64,000 nt of DNA from positions 124,560,001 through 124,624,000 of the forward strand of contig NW_024704742.1 of NCBI RefSeq assembly GCF_018977255.1. Reading direction: 5' to 3'. Below, one piece after another: positions 14,801 to 29,800 of the stretch. This DNA is from Callorhinchus milii (Eukaryota). The notes under the pieces were generated by a model that had not been told where the DNA came from, ran no database searches, and saw only the letters and a program-made list of their open reading frames with translations. The first letter of the stretch is position 1, and the number at the start of each line of letters is the position of its first letter. Both the position numbers and the translations under genes were made by a program.

Positions 14801-17800
14801 GCATCAAACACACGATTATTCACCACTGTGAACATTAGATTCCTCACTGCCAGAAACACCTTTCCCACGAATGTTGCAGTAAGTGCATCACAACAGTTGC
14901 ACTTTTCAGTGCAAATAACTGGGAAGCAGGGGTCCATGATTTTGTTTTTGTTAATTTTCTCCTCGTTTGCTTCATCTTCAATCGATATGACGTCTTTATC
15001 ATCCTTTATTTTGTTACTTTCACTGCAAGGTTCTCTGTTCACACATTTTGATGTCTGTGGGTTGTTTTTTCCTTGGGTTTCTGTTTCCATTTCCTGCTGC
15101 ACTTCCTCCAAAGTCTCCAGCTAAGGTAAGAATGGAATTACAAATTACACCACCTCATGGCATAGACTAATTGGGCGAAATGTTTCTGTGCTGTATCATT
15201 CTACGTAATTCTATATGTAGTTCTATCTCAGATATATAAAGAAACAATCTCTAAATTATTGGATCAGGTCACAAACCAACTCTTCCAAAATGCTAATCTG
15301 AGTAATAAGATGTGAGCCACTTATCTCCTTATTCAGAAAGTGATCTGGTTTACAATGTGAATGGAACACCTTTCCATTCCAAGCACCCAATGTCAGCATT
15401 ACGGACTCCTAGGGCCAGGTTTAGCAGTGCTTTAGGGTTAAGTTCCTTCTTATCTGCTGCACAATTTAGTCTAATTTGTGACAGTTTCAAACCAGTTGAG
15501 TTAAAGTATTTGTTAAATTGCACCTTCTGGTTTGTGAATATGTGAATTATTCGTACCAGTCTATATCAGTAACTACTAAGATGATAATAATCCTTGCATT
15601 TGATATAATGCCTTATCACGTGTTTGAGACGTCTCAAAGCGCTTCACAAAATATCCTGTAAAGTGAGTTGATTGTATGTTTCTCAATGGTTTGAAATAAA
15701 TCAAAATATTAATTTAAACAAAGGTCACCATAAAATTATACTCTATATCCTTATACTAGATATTTTTCATGTGATTTTATATTACCATCACAACAGCTGA
15801 TCCATTTTCATACTTCCGGCCACCTCCTGCTGGATCACAAAGCGCACTAACAGTAGGGACTTCACCCTTAACCTTCCCTATCGGAGGGAGTACATGGCCA
15901 TGGGAAAATGTTGGCAAAGCTGTTGGTTCAACAGTGCTTGAAGATTTTACCTCATCATTTGCATCTACGAAAAAAAGCAAGCAAACAAGGAAAGTTTTAA
16001 ATGATACAAAACTACACACAGAGGCTATGTTTGCTATGGAAGATTGGCAAAGCTCTGTACATTGTTAAATTCATAACTGAATTTTAATAATTTCCATTCT
16101 GTGAGAACTTTTACCAATGAAATATGATTCTATTTAAAGTAGCAATGGACTACTACTGTACTAATACCAGATAAATATCAGTAGAGGGATGTATGTACTA
16201 TGCTATCTGATACAAATATTAGACATTTATTCATATTGAAGGGTCAATAGGTAAGACAACTTGCACTGATGATGCTCCATTGTAATGCTCCAGCGTCCAC
16301 ATTATCCTTAAGTTTACAAGAATCTTTGATAGTCTCAGTACTGTTTCAGTGAATGCTGAGTCAAAACAATGATTGAGGGAATTGGGGTAACAAAGTGCAT
16401 TGCAGAAACGATGTGGTGTGTTGTGAAATAGTTGGATCCAGATTTGTGTCTGAAAATCCCCACATACTGAGTCCCCAATGCCAGAGAATCATCAAGTGTG
16501 GTCTTGATAATTCTCTGGCATTGGAAAGACAACCTGCATGTCTCCAGACAGAGGGAGGAAACAACTGAAGTAGATGCTTCCAATGGTCACACAGAGGGCT
16601 TAGGTGGGTTGCAAAAGACATCTGTTTTCCTGGTAGGTACAGTGAATCTGCCTGAGAAATCTACAGACTGATTTTTATTTTTGTTGTTAAGATGATCAAA
16701 GGATATGCTAATGTTTTGTGCTGCAGGGATATCTCCAGGGGCTCTTCAAAGTTTAGGATACTTTAGGAAACCTTACTGATTTAAAACTTGAGTACTCAAA
16801 TACTCATTTTACAATGAACAAATGTACATAACAAAAATCAGAATCTTTCTATTACCCCAAGGAAACTGATCAAAATTTAAAACAGCAGAATCTATTTGTG
16901 TCAACGTGATAAAACACTGATATATGAAACGATGCTCTTACTGGTAGTACATTTCGGTGGACCTGTACTGCAATCTGCAAGAGGTGCATTGCCTGCATCT
17001 GAGGAGTTATTTTTATCCTCTGGCTGTATTTTGCCCGAAAATGGTATCTGTGATTTTCGACATGTCAATACAAGTAAAACATTCTTAAACATTTGTTTCA
17101 TTTCAGAGGGTTCTTCGTCCGTTGCATTTGCTGTCAGTGTATCTCCAGAAAAAAAATTAAGCAGCAAAGCCAAGAACAAGTTTAACACCTGAAGAATAAA
17201 AAGTATACAGGACATGTTAAATACATTGCTACACTATCTACTATAATAATAATAATAATAATCATTTCATTTGATACAGTGCCTTATGATGTATTTGAGT
17301 TGTCTCAAAACACTTCACAGAATATACTGTAAAGTGAATTAACTGTATAGTTTGTGGGTGAAATGCTGCAGCCAATTACACACAACAATGTTCCAAAACG
17401 ATCGTGGATTGAGTGACCAAATTATTATTATGATTTTTTTTGAAGAGATTATTCCCCCAAAAAAGCGATCCGCCAATCGACCGACTATCGGGTTCCCTTT
17501 CCGGGTAAGGAAACTTGCCTAATATTTCGCCCTGCCCAGGAATCGAACCCAGGTCCTCTCGCTTGCGAGGCGAGTGTTCTAACCAATTTGCTACAGGACC
17601 CCACATTATTTGTATTCTACACATATGTGTGGTTCAAAAATAAGATTTTGAAACTATTATCAAAACAGAACATTTGGTGTTTGTTTTTGTCAGCTAGATG
17701 TCTGATTCATATGTAGTTTCGATACCATTGAGCCAACTAACACACAATAAATTAAAAAAATCTACAGTTTATATCTATATTTAAAAAAACCATGTTTAGC

Positions 17801-20800
17801 GGATTGATACATTGTTGAAATAACTGCAATGCAACTTTTAGTTATAATTCAGGTTAAACTAAATATGATATTTTATCAGTTATATGGCACACACCATGCA
17901 TTAGTATTTCGCAGAATGTCTTACCAAAAAATTCCCAGCTATGTACGTGAGCAAGAACAACGGGACGCAAAAATACATCTTTGAGCAGCGCATACAGTCA
18001 TACAATGGTTCTATCCATTCACCACATAAGATCCGAAACACCATGATAAAGGAGTTGTAAAATCCTGTGAAATTCCACCTTGGTATTTCATTGCCAGAGA
18101 ATGCTTCCTATAATAACACAATGTCACGTGAAAACATGGGATAATAAAAGACAAAAAAGATGGAACTCAAGCATAGGAGGTTAAGGATCATATCTAATAC
18201 AGGTCGAAGTTTTCAAAATGACGAACGTTTTGATTAGTTAAATAAAGAGAGACTATTTCCACTGATGAGTCAGTAAGAAGACATAAATTGAATTTGATGG
18301 AAAATATCAAAGCATTTGTTTCATTAGCAACATTAAACATATATCACCAAATTATTTCATAAGGGTCATAAATTATTTCATAAGTCCTCCCCCTCCCCCT
18401 GACTCGGTCCCGGGATCCGTTACTGTGAAGCGCTCTGAGATGCCGTCTGGCGTTGAGGGCGCTGTATAAATCCAAGTTGTTGTTGTTGTTGTTATGGGAG
18501 GGGAGAGCAGGAGTTGTGGAGGGTGGGAGGGGAGAAATGGATAAACGACCAAATGTGGTTGAAAAGATAGATCTATAGGTGGGTTTCACAGGGGGGAAGG
18601 AGGGAATGAGCCCAAGGAACTCTCATCTAGAGGGACTGGGACCAAAGGTTAGATAATGGTTGGATCATTTACTGTAAAATGTGGATTTTTATAATGCACT
18701 TACTGCATGTGCATAATCATGTCCAACAAGCTGCATTCCGATTACAGTGAAAATATAAATAACAATGATAACTATAACTGTCAAATTTCCCATCTCTCTC
18801 ATCGATTTGAATATAATGGTGATCAGTATGTTCAGCGTTCTCCAGTTCTTTGCCAGTTTGAAGACTCTAAGCTGTTTACAAAGAGAAAGAAAACATTCAG
18901 AATAATGTGAATTTTGAGAGGCTCCTGAGGACCGAAATTATTCATCATCTTAAATTCAGGCAACCGTCTTAAAATTTAAGATTGTGTAGAATTTAAGAAA
19001 ATCTTTGATTAGTCTTAATTTGAAAGTCAATTTTCTGCAGTTCTTCATACGGACACTGACAACTCAGTAACTTAGTAAAGTAACACTGCCAACTCAGTGA
19101 TATATTTGATGTTGATCACATTGAATGTATCCAGTTGTGCCATAACCAGATTCCCTGACATCATTCTCACTGGTGATCTCAATCAACTTGAATCATTGTC
19201 TTTATGTATGACAGAAGTCAGCTGGCAGTTAAAGAGGTGCCGGTAACATAACTTCAGAGTAACTATTATCTTGCTAACCCCCAGCTTTGCTAGTGCTGTC
19301 ACTGAGAACAGTGCCAGAGGTGCATCTCCAGCAAATCCATGTACATGCAGTGTGCCAAACTAATGTGCTGCTAATTTATCCCCAATAAGGAATAAATTAA
19401 GCAGCACATTGAGGGCGACAGGACCTAATTGTCAGATTGCTGGATGTAACAAGCTTCATACTGAGATTTGGTTCTATGTTTTCCAAGACCCCTTTTTCCA
19501 TAGCAATATTGGGGGTATTTTTAAAGTAACAAAAAATCCTCTTGAAGCTAGTCTGTTATTAATGCTTTATATTAATGGCATTAACTTTCTGAAGTGGAAT
19601 CTCCCTCGCATTCCTCCACCCACCCACCACCCCGTTCCAATTTATGATCAAGACAACTTGGTAGAAGCAACACAGCACTGATTTTATTAACTTAAGCAAA
19701 TGAATGACAAAAATGAAAAGCACAGCATTTGATTTAATACTCAGGTTGCAAAAATGTATCCTTTATAAATTTTTTAAACTTCAAATTTTGTGTAAAGTGC
19801 TGTTTGTGCTTTTGCCAGATACTGTATTTAACTTTCAGCCTTGTTCCCAGGTCACGCTGTCCTCAACTTTATCAAAAATCAACCCACAATGACTTTAGAA
19901 TGCAACCAAACATTGTTCTTGGCATTTTGAGTTGATTTTCTCACTGATATGTATCAATATAATTCAGAATATCAGAACAGGAGGAAGCCATTCAGGTAGT
20001 CAAGCCTGTTTATTAGCTCACAGCAGATTTTTAAATCCAATTCCCCACCTTTCCAAATCACTTTTAGTACCCCTTACTTCCTAAATGACTATCTTTCTCT
20101 ATTAAACGTCTTCACTGATTCTGCAGAGATCTAGTTAGACAGAGTTGGCACAGTTATACAGTAATTTCACAATGAGAGAATGACTTTGATACATTGCATG
20201 CCTCTTAATTCAGGGGGACATGGATTTAAAATTAGAACTAAAATCAGATAGCTAAAACTGAGGTCAGGAAGCATTTCTTCTCTCAGAGGATTGTGAAAAT
20301 GTGGAATGTTTTGCCTCAGAAAACTGTAGAGGTTAAATCCATAGGCATGTTTATAAGCAAGTTAAACAGATAGTAGAGGCATTCAGGGATTATGGCAGGG
20401 ATATATCTGTCCCAATCTAATAAACTGATGAAACTGAATGGCCTCCTCCTTTTCCTCTTTTCTAAAAGGAAGCTCTGAAGTCACAAGCACCATTTTGACT
20501 AGAAAATTGGAGTTTACTGAAACACTTGCTGCAAATGAGCCCATTTTCCTGCATGTTCAGAATACTGTACAGAACTTGCTTCAGACACATATGCTATTCT
20601 GAATTAAAACAATGATCCTATATAGAATTATACAGAATGATATGATACAGAACAGGCTATTTAGCCCAACTAGTCTGTGCTGTCATTGTACTCCATTTGA
20701 GCCTCCATCCATTCCCTTCTCCTTTACACCTTATTCCCTCTCCCTCATATATACACTCCTTGGGATCCCTCTGGGATGCACCCAATACAGCTAAATATTT

Positions 20801-23800
20801 GTTTGAATATTTTTGTAACATTTTGAAAAAAATGTTTTACATCATCAATAATTTAATATTTTTGAATATCTCCAATTTCTCCATTCTGTATATTTTTCTC
20901 CATTTAATATTACAGATGGCAGATTTTCCTTCTTGCTGTATCATTCTGACTACTGGTTTGCAATTTGCTTGTAGTGGCTTCCACAACACCGGTGAATCAT
21001 ATTGACCACAGCAAGCAAAACACTTGCTTCCTAATTTTATTTTTGTATTGCCTGTTTTGATATCGATACAAAGCTCTAAGTGCAAAGGGTAGAGGTTGGG
21101 TTGAATGGACTGCTTCCATGCTGTGTCACTCTATGTCATTTCTCAAGGTTGTCATACGAGTTAATGATCAGCTATGAAATATTAACATGGATAATCAATT
21201 TAATGACCTTATGATAACTGTGACATCGATGGGTCTCCATCTCAGCTGCTGTGTGGCTTCCAGTTCTAATCGAGTTATCCCCCAAAGTGACATTCAAATA
21301 TTACAATGAATAATGAGTTAGAATTCCTAACTCTTATGGCTGTTTCAGATCCAACCAGTGCAGAAATTGGGGGAATTACACCTGACATAAATATTGGCTA
21401 GCTCCACTGCTCTGTTTGATGATAATAATTATCACATCACCCATTGCAATTTTCACTCTATATTAATTTACGATTTCAGGCAAGAATAAATCATTCAGCT
21501 CACCCATCTAACTTCACAACAAATTCCTTCAACGCATCAACTACATCATCTGATAACATCATCTAATACTTTTCATTTCCAGGAACTTGTCCAAATCCGT
21601 ACTGAAACCATTAATGGTTCCTTTTATAATATATTGTATTTCAATAAAACATTTATAATCTGGTTTCAGAGAATTGACACCATTATTTGAATACTGTCCA
21701 GCAGCAAAATGCATTGGATTTATATCAGAACAAATGTATAAAAGCTTTATACAAACAAATACTAAGGACTTACCATTCTCAGCGATCGTATCATAGAGAG
21801 TTTGAGTGTTGGAATATTTATTGTGGAAAGTGCCCATTCCAAGCAACTCAGAAGAACAATGATAAAATCAAAAGCATTCCATCCATTTTGCACATATGGT
21901 AGAGGATTCAGTGCTGTTATTTTTAAAATAGCTTCAATTACAAAAATGATTGATAAAACCTGCATTAGACAAAAAATAAAAGAGTATTAATAAAAATAAA
22001 AATAAATTGATACACACAATAATCACAAAGCCTGGGTCAATTGGTAGCACTCTCACTCTGAGATAGAAGTTTTTGGGTTCAAGCCCCACGTCGGGACTTT
22101 GAGCTTAAATTGCCAAGGCTTTCACTCCAATGCAGGGTGTGCTACATTGTAAGAGATGCCGTCCTTTGGATGAGAGGTTAAAGATCCCATGGCACAATTC
22201 AAAAAGGGAAGGGAGTTGAGTTTCTCACAATGTCCTGACTGACATAAAATAATTGGCCAAATAAGAATTGGTCATTCACTTCATGGCTCTTTGTGGGACA
22301 TTGCTGCATACAAAAACTTGTCTGTCACGTTTGTCTACAAAGTGCATAGTCACAACACTTCACAGTAACACTTCCCTGTGAAATGCCTTAAGAAATTATC
22401 CCAACACGAAAGATGTTATACCAAATGGAAGGATTATTATTATTATTTATGACTCTTACTAAAAACTGAGTACAGCAAGAATTGTTTCTTGGTAGAGGGG
22501 AAGGACATTGAAAATAAATTAAAATCGAATCTGTAGAACAGGCTTAAAGGACTGATTGGCCTCCTGCTGTTCTTGATTTGTTCCTAAGAGGTAGCGAGAC
22601 GCATTTCTAGAGAGAAGATTGAGGGGTTTGGGTGAAAAGTTATGTAGATGGGGTTGAGGACCAAAAAAAGAGAGGCTGGTTGGGGCTTCTTGTCCTTTTC
22701 CTGTTCCAAAAAATTCCCATGATCTTAAATGTATTGGATAGGAACCGTGTAACTGAATCTAAAGCCGAGAGGTTTAAGTATTACACCCATGTTCACTGAA
22801 CTATGAGAAATATTATTTGAGAGATCTGACTTCTTATCCTTCTTGAAAATTACGCAAACCTTTTTGAATTAAAGGATCACACCCCTAATACTACTGCATT
22901 ATATCACATCTGCCACAAGGTCAAGCTACTGAAAAATTGCTCAATTGAGTGAAAGTTCTCACTTTATAGCTTGGATAAAAGCCCAAAAATGAGCGTGTAT
23001 ATGAAGAATGAAAATGTGCCGTAAGCTAAAAGATCCTTCAATTTAGTGAATATAAATGTTTTTGGGGTGTCCCTGATTTTAAAATGAACCTAAAAACTGT
23101 TTCTTCAAAAACTGGAACAAATATTTTCCAAAATTCACCTATTTTTTAAAAAAAATTCAGAATTTTCTGAGAAAGTAATATATTTCGCCATGCGGAAGGC
23201 AAAATGATTTGGATAATTCCAATATAGTTTTTCTCTGATAAAATATATTTACACATCTGTATCCAGTTATGTTAAGAGAGCTTTGTGCACCTCACTATCA
23301 TTCTGAAACCCCATCCAAAGATAATAAAAGTTTAGGATTTTCTATTTTTTCAGGTCTTTCTATTTACAGAAATGTGTTTTTTCACATTCCGCAATGTTAA
23401 ACACTGCTTTTTTTACTTTAAACATATACTTTCTGAACAAGCCTATGATGGAAAACATGTTTTGTTTCACAAAACCTATAGCAGAACATCTCCCTCCCAG
23501 TGTTAGCAGCTGATGAAAGAAAGTTCTTCTGACCCTGTTCATAGCTCTTTCCAGTAACAAGTTGGATAACATAGGCTGGATAGTGTTACATAATATCCCT
23601 TCTATTATATTGCTGGAAGCAAAACAATGGGAATTCCGAAATCAGGTTTTTAATGTCAATGCCACACGATCATAGCATGAAAAATTTCTAAGATATTTCA
23701 AGGGACCACTGGGGAGTAAAGTTGGTATGAATTAATTGTGCTGCAATGTAGTGGGCAAATCAAAGCTGTTCTGTAGGGTGATATCAGGAGCAAAGTTCCA

Positions 23801-26800
23801 GGGCAACTCTCACTGACCCAACTCTGATTTATACTGCACTACGGAGAACCTTGAAATATAAACACAGCACAAAAGGAGATAATAAGTTGAGGTCGTCGGG
23901 TGGCAATTTAAACCTCAAGACGGGGCAAGTTTTATTCCCTTTTGGTGAGATGCTTACGTTTGCTGACAGTTGGGTTACAGTGAAGAGTGGCTGATAATAG
24001 ACTGAAATACTTTTGTATCTTATTAATTGAACTGCAGAGATCAATGTTTACCAAATAGCCCAGGATAATAGAATATCTTGTTATATTGTGCTTTACTTAC
24101 AGTGTTCCCTTTTTCTAGTGCATTAGAGTAAGGTGCCTTATAGTAGTCTATCGACAGCAAAAGAGTATTTATTAGGATGCAGATTGTAATAACGCCTTCG
24201 AAAAGCGAGTGTGAAACAAATATCACTAGATAATGCTGGATGTTTAGAAAAGCTGGGCAACAGGTCCAGGAGCAAAACTTTTTAGTCAATCTTCTTTTGA
24301 ACATATTCCATTTTGAGGTTGTTTTTGTTTGGCGCTCTCCATCTTCGTCTGCAAGAAAAAGAGATGTTAACACAACTGAAAAATTGTTGCTTTGGCTTGC
24401 TTTGTGCTGTAGATTTGAATTCATCTGTAACAGGGTTTAAACCCAATAGCAAATATATTTATGTAAAATTATTTTAAATATCATTTTAGTAGAAATCTAT
24501 AATTTTACAGATTGCTTTGCTCCCCACCACCTGCTCCTCCAGGTTTCTCCCCTTCTTTCTGTGCGTAACACATACAGAGGTGGCCTGCCATAAAATGGTT
24601 TATTATTGAGACTAAAATTCCACAAGGGTATTCAATGATAAATGGGGCATCACAGTTAATTCTGACCATACTTGATAACGTCACACTTATGTTTACCAGG
24701 AAGTGCACTGGATAGTGAGTCGAAGTGGAGACAATGCCTCATTTTTGCCCTCCCAGAATACTGATGCTACCAGCAATGCCCCCTCCATTTCCTGAATGGA
24801 GTTAGTTAATTCCAAATTAGGGAACTTACCTGGCCTACGTGTCTCAGACACCCAACACTGTCTCAGTACCACCTAACACTGTTCATTTACCCATTGGTTC
24901 ACTGGATCAATCATCCTCACAACTATGCATGATGGTTTTATATCCGTTCAGGTGTCACTTCATCAGATTCAGAACATCTAGGTAATGTTCCTCTTATAGA
25001 GCATTTTTTTCAATTGAAAGCATTCTTTTCACAAACTCATTACCCCCACACTCACCTGGCTCCAATGTCTTCCTATCCCCACAACTTATCAAGTTTAAGA
25101 TCCACATCATTATCTTAAATGCCTCTATGGCGTATCCCCATCCTACCTCTGCAATCTCCTTCTGACCCTATTCCCCAGCCATTCCTTCTGGTCTGCCAAC
25201 TCTAGCCTGCTTTTTGCCACAATGGGGGGAATGAGCTATCAGGCACTTTGTCCCTGCCCTATGGAACTCTTTTCCAAAATCCCTCTAATGGTACTCTCCC
25301 ACTCTTTCTCTTTGATTGCAGCTTTAGACACATTCACCCCTGACCGCAGCTCCATCCCACTGTCTTTGGTGAAGAGTCGAGATGTTTTCCATAGATGTAA
25401 AGTGCTATTTGACTGTAGATTGTTGTTGCTGTTGTTTCAAGGTAAAGTGCTGAAGGCATAGAAACATAGGAACAGAAGGCGGTCATTCAGCTTGTTGGGC
25501 CTGTTTATCTTTGAAGTTCCATTTCCCTTTCCTCCATCCTCTTTGATACTTTAACTTCCCAACTATCTAACTATCTTCCTTTTAAACATACCCACTGACC
25601 ACAAAATACATACTCCACTTTACAGTTATTTTGTGAAGTGCTTTGAGACAACCTCTCGACATGAAAGGTCCAATTTAAAATGTAAGGACTTTTTTTATTG
25701 ATTCTATTCTGCTTTGATGAGCTTGTGAGGGCAATGCTTTCTACTAATGTCAAATTCAATCATGATGCTTTTCCACAGACAGCCACATATATGACAAATG
25801 CCAAAACGCAAATAGGAATGAATGATATGCAGATATATGAAACTGAACTCACTGAATTGGGAGATTTCTGTTGCCCATGATGCTACAGACTCCACAGAGA
25901 AACCCATGCTTAATCGTTTCCCATACAGACGAAATTTCTCTCTTGGATTCAGATTGCTGTTTTTCTTTTGCTAGAAAAGAACATTGAGCAAAGTCTAAAA
26001 TGCTTATGCATGTTATTATACCTGCTTACACATGTATTTGCAAATGCTGCACAACACAGCAGTTTTTACACATGATTTACACATGACGAGGAACAGACCA
26101 ACAATAACTGGAAATGGTAAAACAAAAGCTCCTTTACTGCCATCTAGTGGCTGCTCTGCAGTTTTTTGTTTCTTAATCAGGTTGTGTTCATATGCAATAA
26201 GAATAAATTTAACAATTCGTTATTTTTGTTTGTCCTTATTTTCTGCCTGCTTTTGGTTTCCACTCATGTTACACAAATAAAGGGTAAACAGGAGTGAGCC
26301 AGGCAGACAGGCAAACTATTCCCAGCAATAAAAACATGCAGATGCTGGAAACCTTCTGAAACTTGGCTGTGATATTTGAAAAGCCAATCTATTTTTTTCT
26401 TTTAATTGCTGATTGACCTGCTGTGGATTTTCAACATTTCTGTTTTTGTTTCAAGACTCGCTCAGTGTCACTGGGAAATCTATGTTCAGTCTGCAAGAAA
26501 TGCCTGGAGTCACCTGCTGATTTTCTCTCCTTCCAAGTCATCCACTTCTCTCAATAAGATCAACTCACTATTTAATAGCTCAAATCAGATCAGCTCTCAC
26601 TGTGGAGAGAGTTGTGGGGCTGAACCTATATGCCACCATCCCAGGTCGGTGCAAACCCTTGACTTGGATACAAACACCTTGGGACAGCCTTCCGACGTGA
26701 AAGGCGCTATACAAATATAATTTGTTGTTATTGTTGTGGCACATCTATAATAGTACAATAAAAAATTGCGCCAATTCATATGTTTAAAACGTTCCTCCAG

Positions 26801-29800
26801 TGCATATGTCCACATGCAAGGATTACTATAATTATTATTTTATTTTTAAAAAGCACATATGTTGCAAATAGACCATCACCGGAAGCTCATATGATTAACT
26901 TTTTGTGTGGTGCTGGACCTTACCATCTTTTCCTTCTTACGTCGCAATTCCAAAATCCTTTCTTCTTCTTCCTTTGCTTCTTGCTTTCTCTTCGCTTCCT
27001 TTTCATAGGAGGCCGCCACTACCGCCAGCACCAGGTTCACTATGTAGTGAGCGCCGAACATGACAACGACGATGAAGAATATAATGTAATATGCTCCACT
27101 GGCACGGAGCACCTGAAACATATTCGAGAAATGTAGATGAATCTAAATGCTGAGCAAAAGCGTGAGACTTTTAGAATGCCAACCTGACTCGGTTGATTGG
27201 ATCAGAAAGTTGTGGGTTCAAGCCCCTCATCAAGACTTTGAGCTCCCAACCTCGGTGGCACTTTAATGTAGTGCTGGAGGAGCCTGTTCAGAATGACTTT
27301 ACAGGTCCCATGGTACTATTTTAAAAGACAAGGTAGTTTCCCCTGGTGTTTTACCAATCAATCCTGCAGTTACAAAATTGATCATTTACTTCCCACCTTT
27401 TGTGGACGTCTGCTAAGTTCATCTAGAAATACGCAGTTTGCAATAATGTTTGTGAAGCACTCTAAGATGCTATCTTGCATGAAGGGTGTGGTATAAATGC
27501 ACGTTGTTCTTGTTGTTGAAGCAGTATGAGATGTTTTGATGTCAGCTATACCAAATGCAAGGATTATCATTGTAGGACAAAAGTCTAATCTATGTCAATT
27601 GCAAGATTCTTAAGTATTGACATTGAAAAAGTGTTGTTTGCAATGGGATTCGCTATTCATGACTAAGCATTATTAATGAGGAATGCTGCTGGTGACCCCC
27701 AGTTTGTCATCTTTGACTTGCAGGCGCCTCATTCCAAAGCAAGTGAAGCAGATTGAAGGATTCCAGTGAGTCGGCTGTGATATACGGCAGGCTACCATCA
27801 GGATTCCCTCGCAGTAAGATTGAGTCATTATGTGCGAATCCTGTCACAAACCACTGGTTTTTGGCCCCAATGTCATTATGCAAATTTCTGGTCTATTGCC
27901 CATTGACTGAAGGTAACCTTTACGTAATTATATAGCCACAATTATTGTTGACATCTATCTAGTCAGTGGAGCTGTTTTCACTGGAACAGAGTTTAACAGA
28001 AGATCCAAAGAAGGTCTTCAAAGGGTCTCAGTGGATAATACTGCTGAATGAACTGTTGGTTAATTGGTTAACAAGGGTACATTAGGTCAGGAATGTCATT
28101 GGAAACGTTAAGGGGTAAGTTAGAAGAAATGTTTTCACTCAGAGGATTGTTAGTATATGCAATGCTTTATTACAAATTGAGACTACGGATGTTTAATAGA
28201 GGATTGTATAAATATTTTTAAAAAGATAGTGTTTTATAGGGGAAAGAGCAGGGAATTGGGACTAGAGTATTTAGTTCCAGTTGAGGATTGGCGCCAAAGG
28301 AAGCTTGATGAACTGAACGGCTTGTGCTGTAAAGTCTACAATTTTACAATCTTTGCTTTTTAGTTTTCTTTAAAAACAAGGTTTGACTGATAATTTTATT
28401 GATATTTATTATATTACTTCATGTATTTTTTTACCCATGATTGTTGACACCTCTGACAAAACATCGCTCAGCCAGCATTGTACAGCAGAGAGGTTTGAAC
28501 ACATAACCTTCTGACTCAGAGGCGAGAATGCCACTAACTGAGCCAAGATGACATCAGGTTTTAAATTAATGAGCAAGCTGCATTGTTTTTATGAAAGAAT
28601 ACTACAATTGGCTACTCTTCTGGTCACAGATTTCTCGTTGGAATACATACCAAGTTATATGTGTTTTCCCAGTAGTCGAGTGTGATGAGCTGAAAGGCTG
28701 TGATTAATGCCCATCCAATATTATCAAAATTTGTATATCCATTGTTTGGATTATGTCCTATGCCAGGGAGACATGTAAAGTTTGTGGGACACCTCCTGTA
28801 AACAAAAGTGTTATACAGCTTCATTTCCGATATAATCTCTGCAGGTGATCAATTAAGATTAGCAAAGAAGCGAAAGGACCCGTGTTCAATTCCCGGGAGG
28901 GGGAAACCTAGGCAAATTTCCTTACTCCACACACCTCTGTTTACTCAACAATAAGTAAGAACACAGTTATCAGTCAATGGGCGGATTGCTTTCCGGGGAT
29001 AATAATCCGTCCAAATAAAAAAAAGGTGTCAATCAATCCAAAGCTGTTTGTGGGACATGGCTGTGCGCAATTGGCTGCCTCAGTTTGCCCACAAAATTGC
29101 ACAGTCACCACACATTATAGTATATTCTATGAATCTCTCAACAACAACAACAAAATTAGATTTGTAAAGCATCTTTTACGTCGGGAGGACGTCCCAAGGC
29201 ACTGAGCAGTCGGGGATCAGGACCCGAGCGTGGGGAGGAGCTGCGTTGGAATGAGGGAGGGAGCAAGGTGAAGGGATTGTGGAATGGAGTTCCAAAGGGT
29301 GGGGGCAGAGAGGCTGAAAGCCCAGGCGCCGATGGTAGGGCGGGCGACATGGAGCAGGCCGAAGCCTGCTGAGCAGAGGGAGTGGACAGGTTGATAGGGG
29401 TTCAGCAGGTCAGAGGTAGGAGGGGGTAAGGCCGTGGAGGGTCTTGAAAGTGAGGATGAGGATTTTGAATTTTCTATCCTCTGAGGGATGGAGAACCAGT
29501 GGAGCCAGGTGAGGATGGGGATGATGGGGTTACGGAGCCTGGTGCAGGAGAGGATATGAGCTGAAGAATTCTGGATGATCTGCAGCTTGTGGAGGGAAGA
29601 GTTGGGGAGGCCGACAAGGAGGGAGTTTCCGTAGTTGAGCCTTGAGTTGACAAATGTATGTATGAGGGTTTCAGCAGCCTGAGGGGTGAGGCAGTGGTGG
29701 AGTCGGGCAATGTTGCAGAGGTGGGGAAGGCAGAGCGGGTCATGGCATGGATATAATAATAATAATAATAATCCTTGCCTTTGATATAGCGCTTTTCACA

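Noticed and set aside
14708..15124. 138-aa plus-strand ORF (and similar at 16896-17192, 26780-27136)
   Set aside because: Antisense shadows of channel exons with no independent homology or splice support
16335..16650. Two overlapping minus-strand ORFs in the II-III linker region as possible extra exons
   Set aside because: No recognisable homology or phase-compatible strong splice pair; exons 15 and 16 already join in frame
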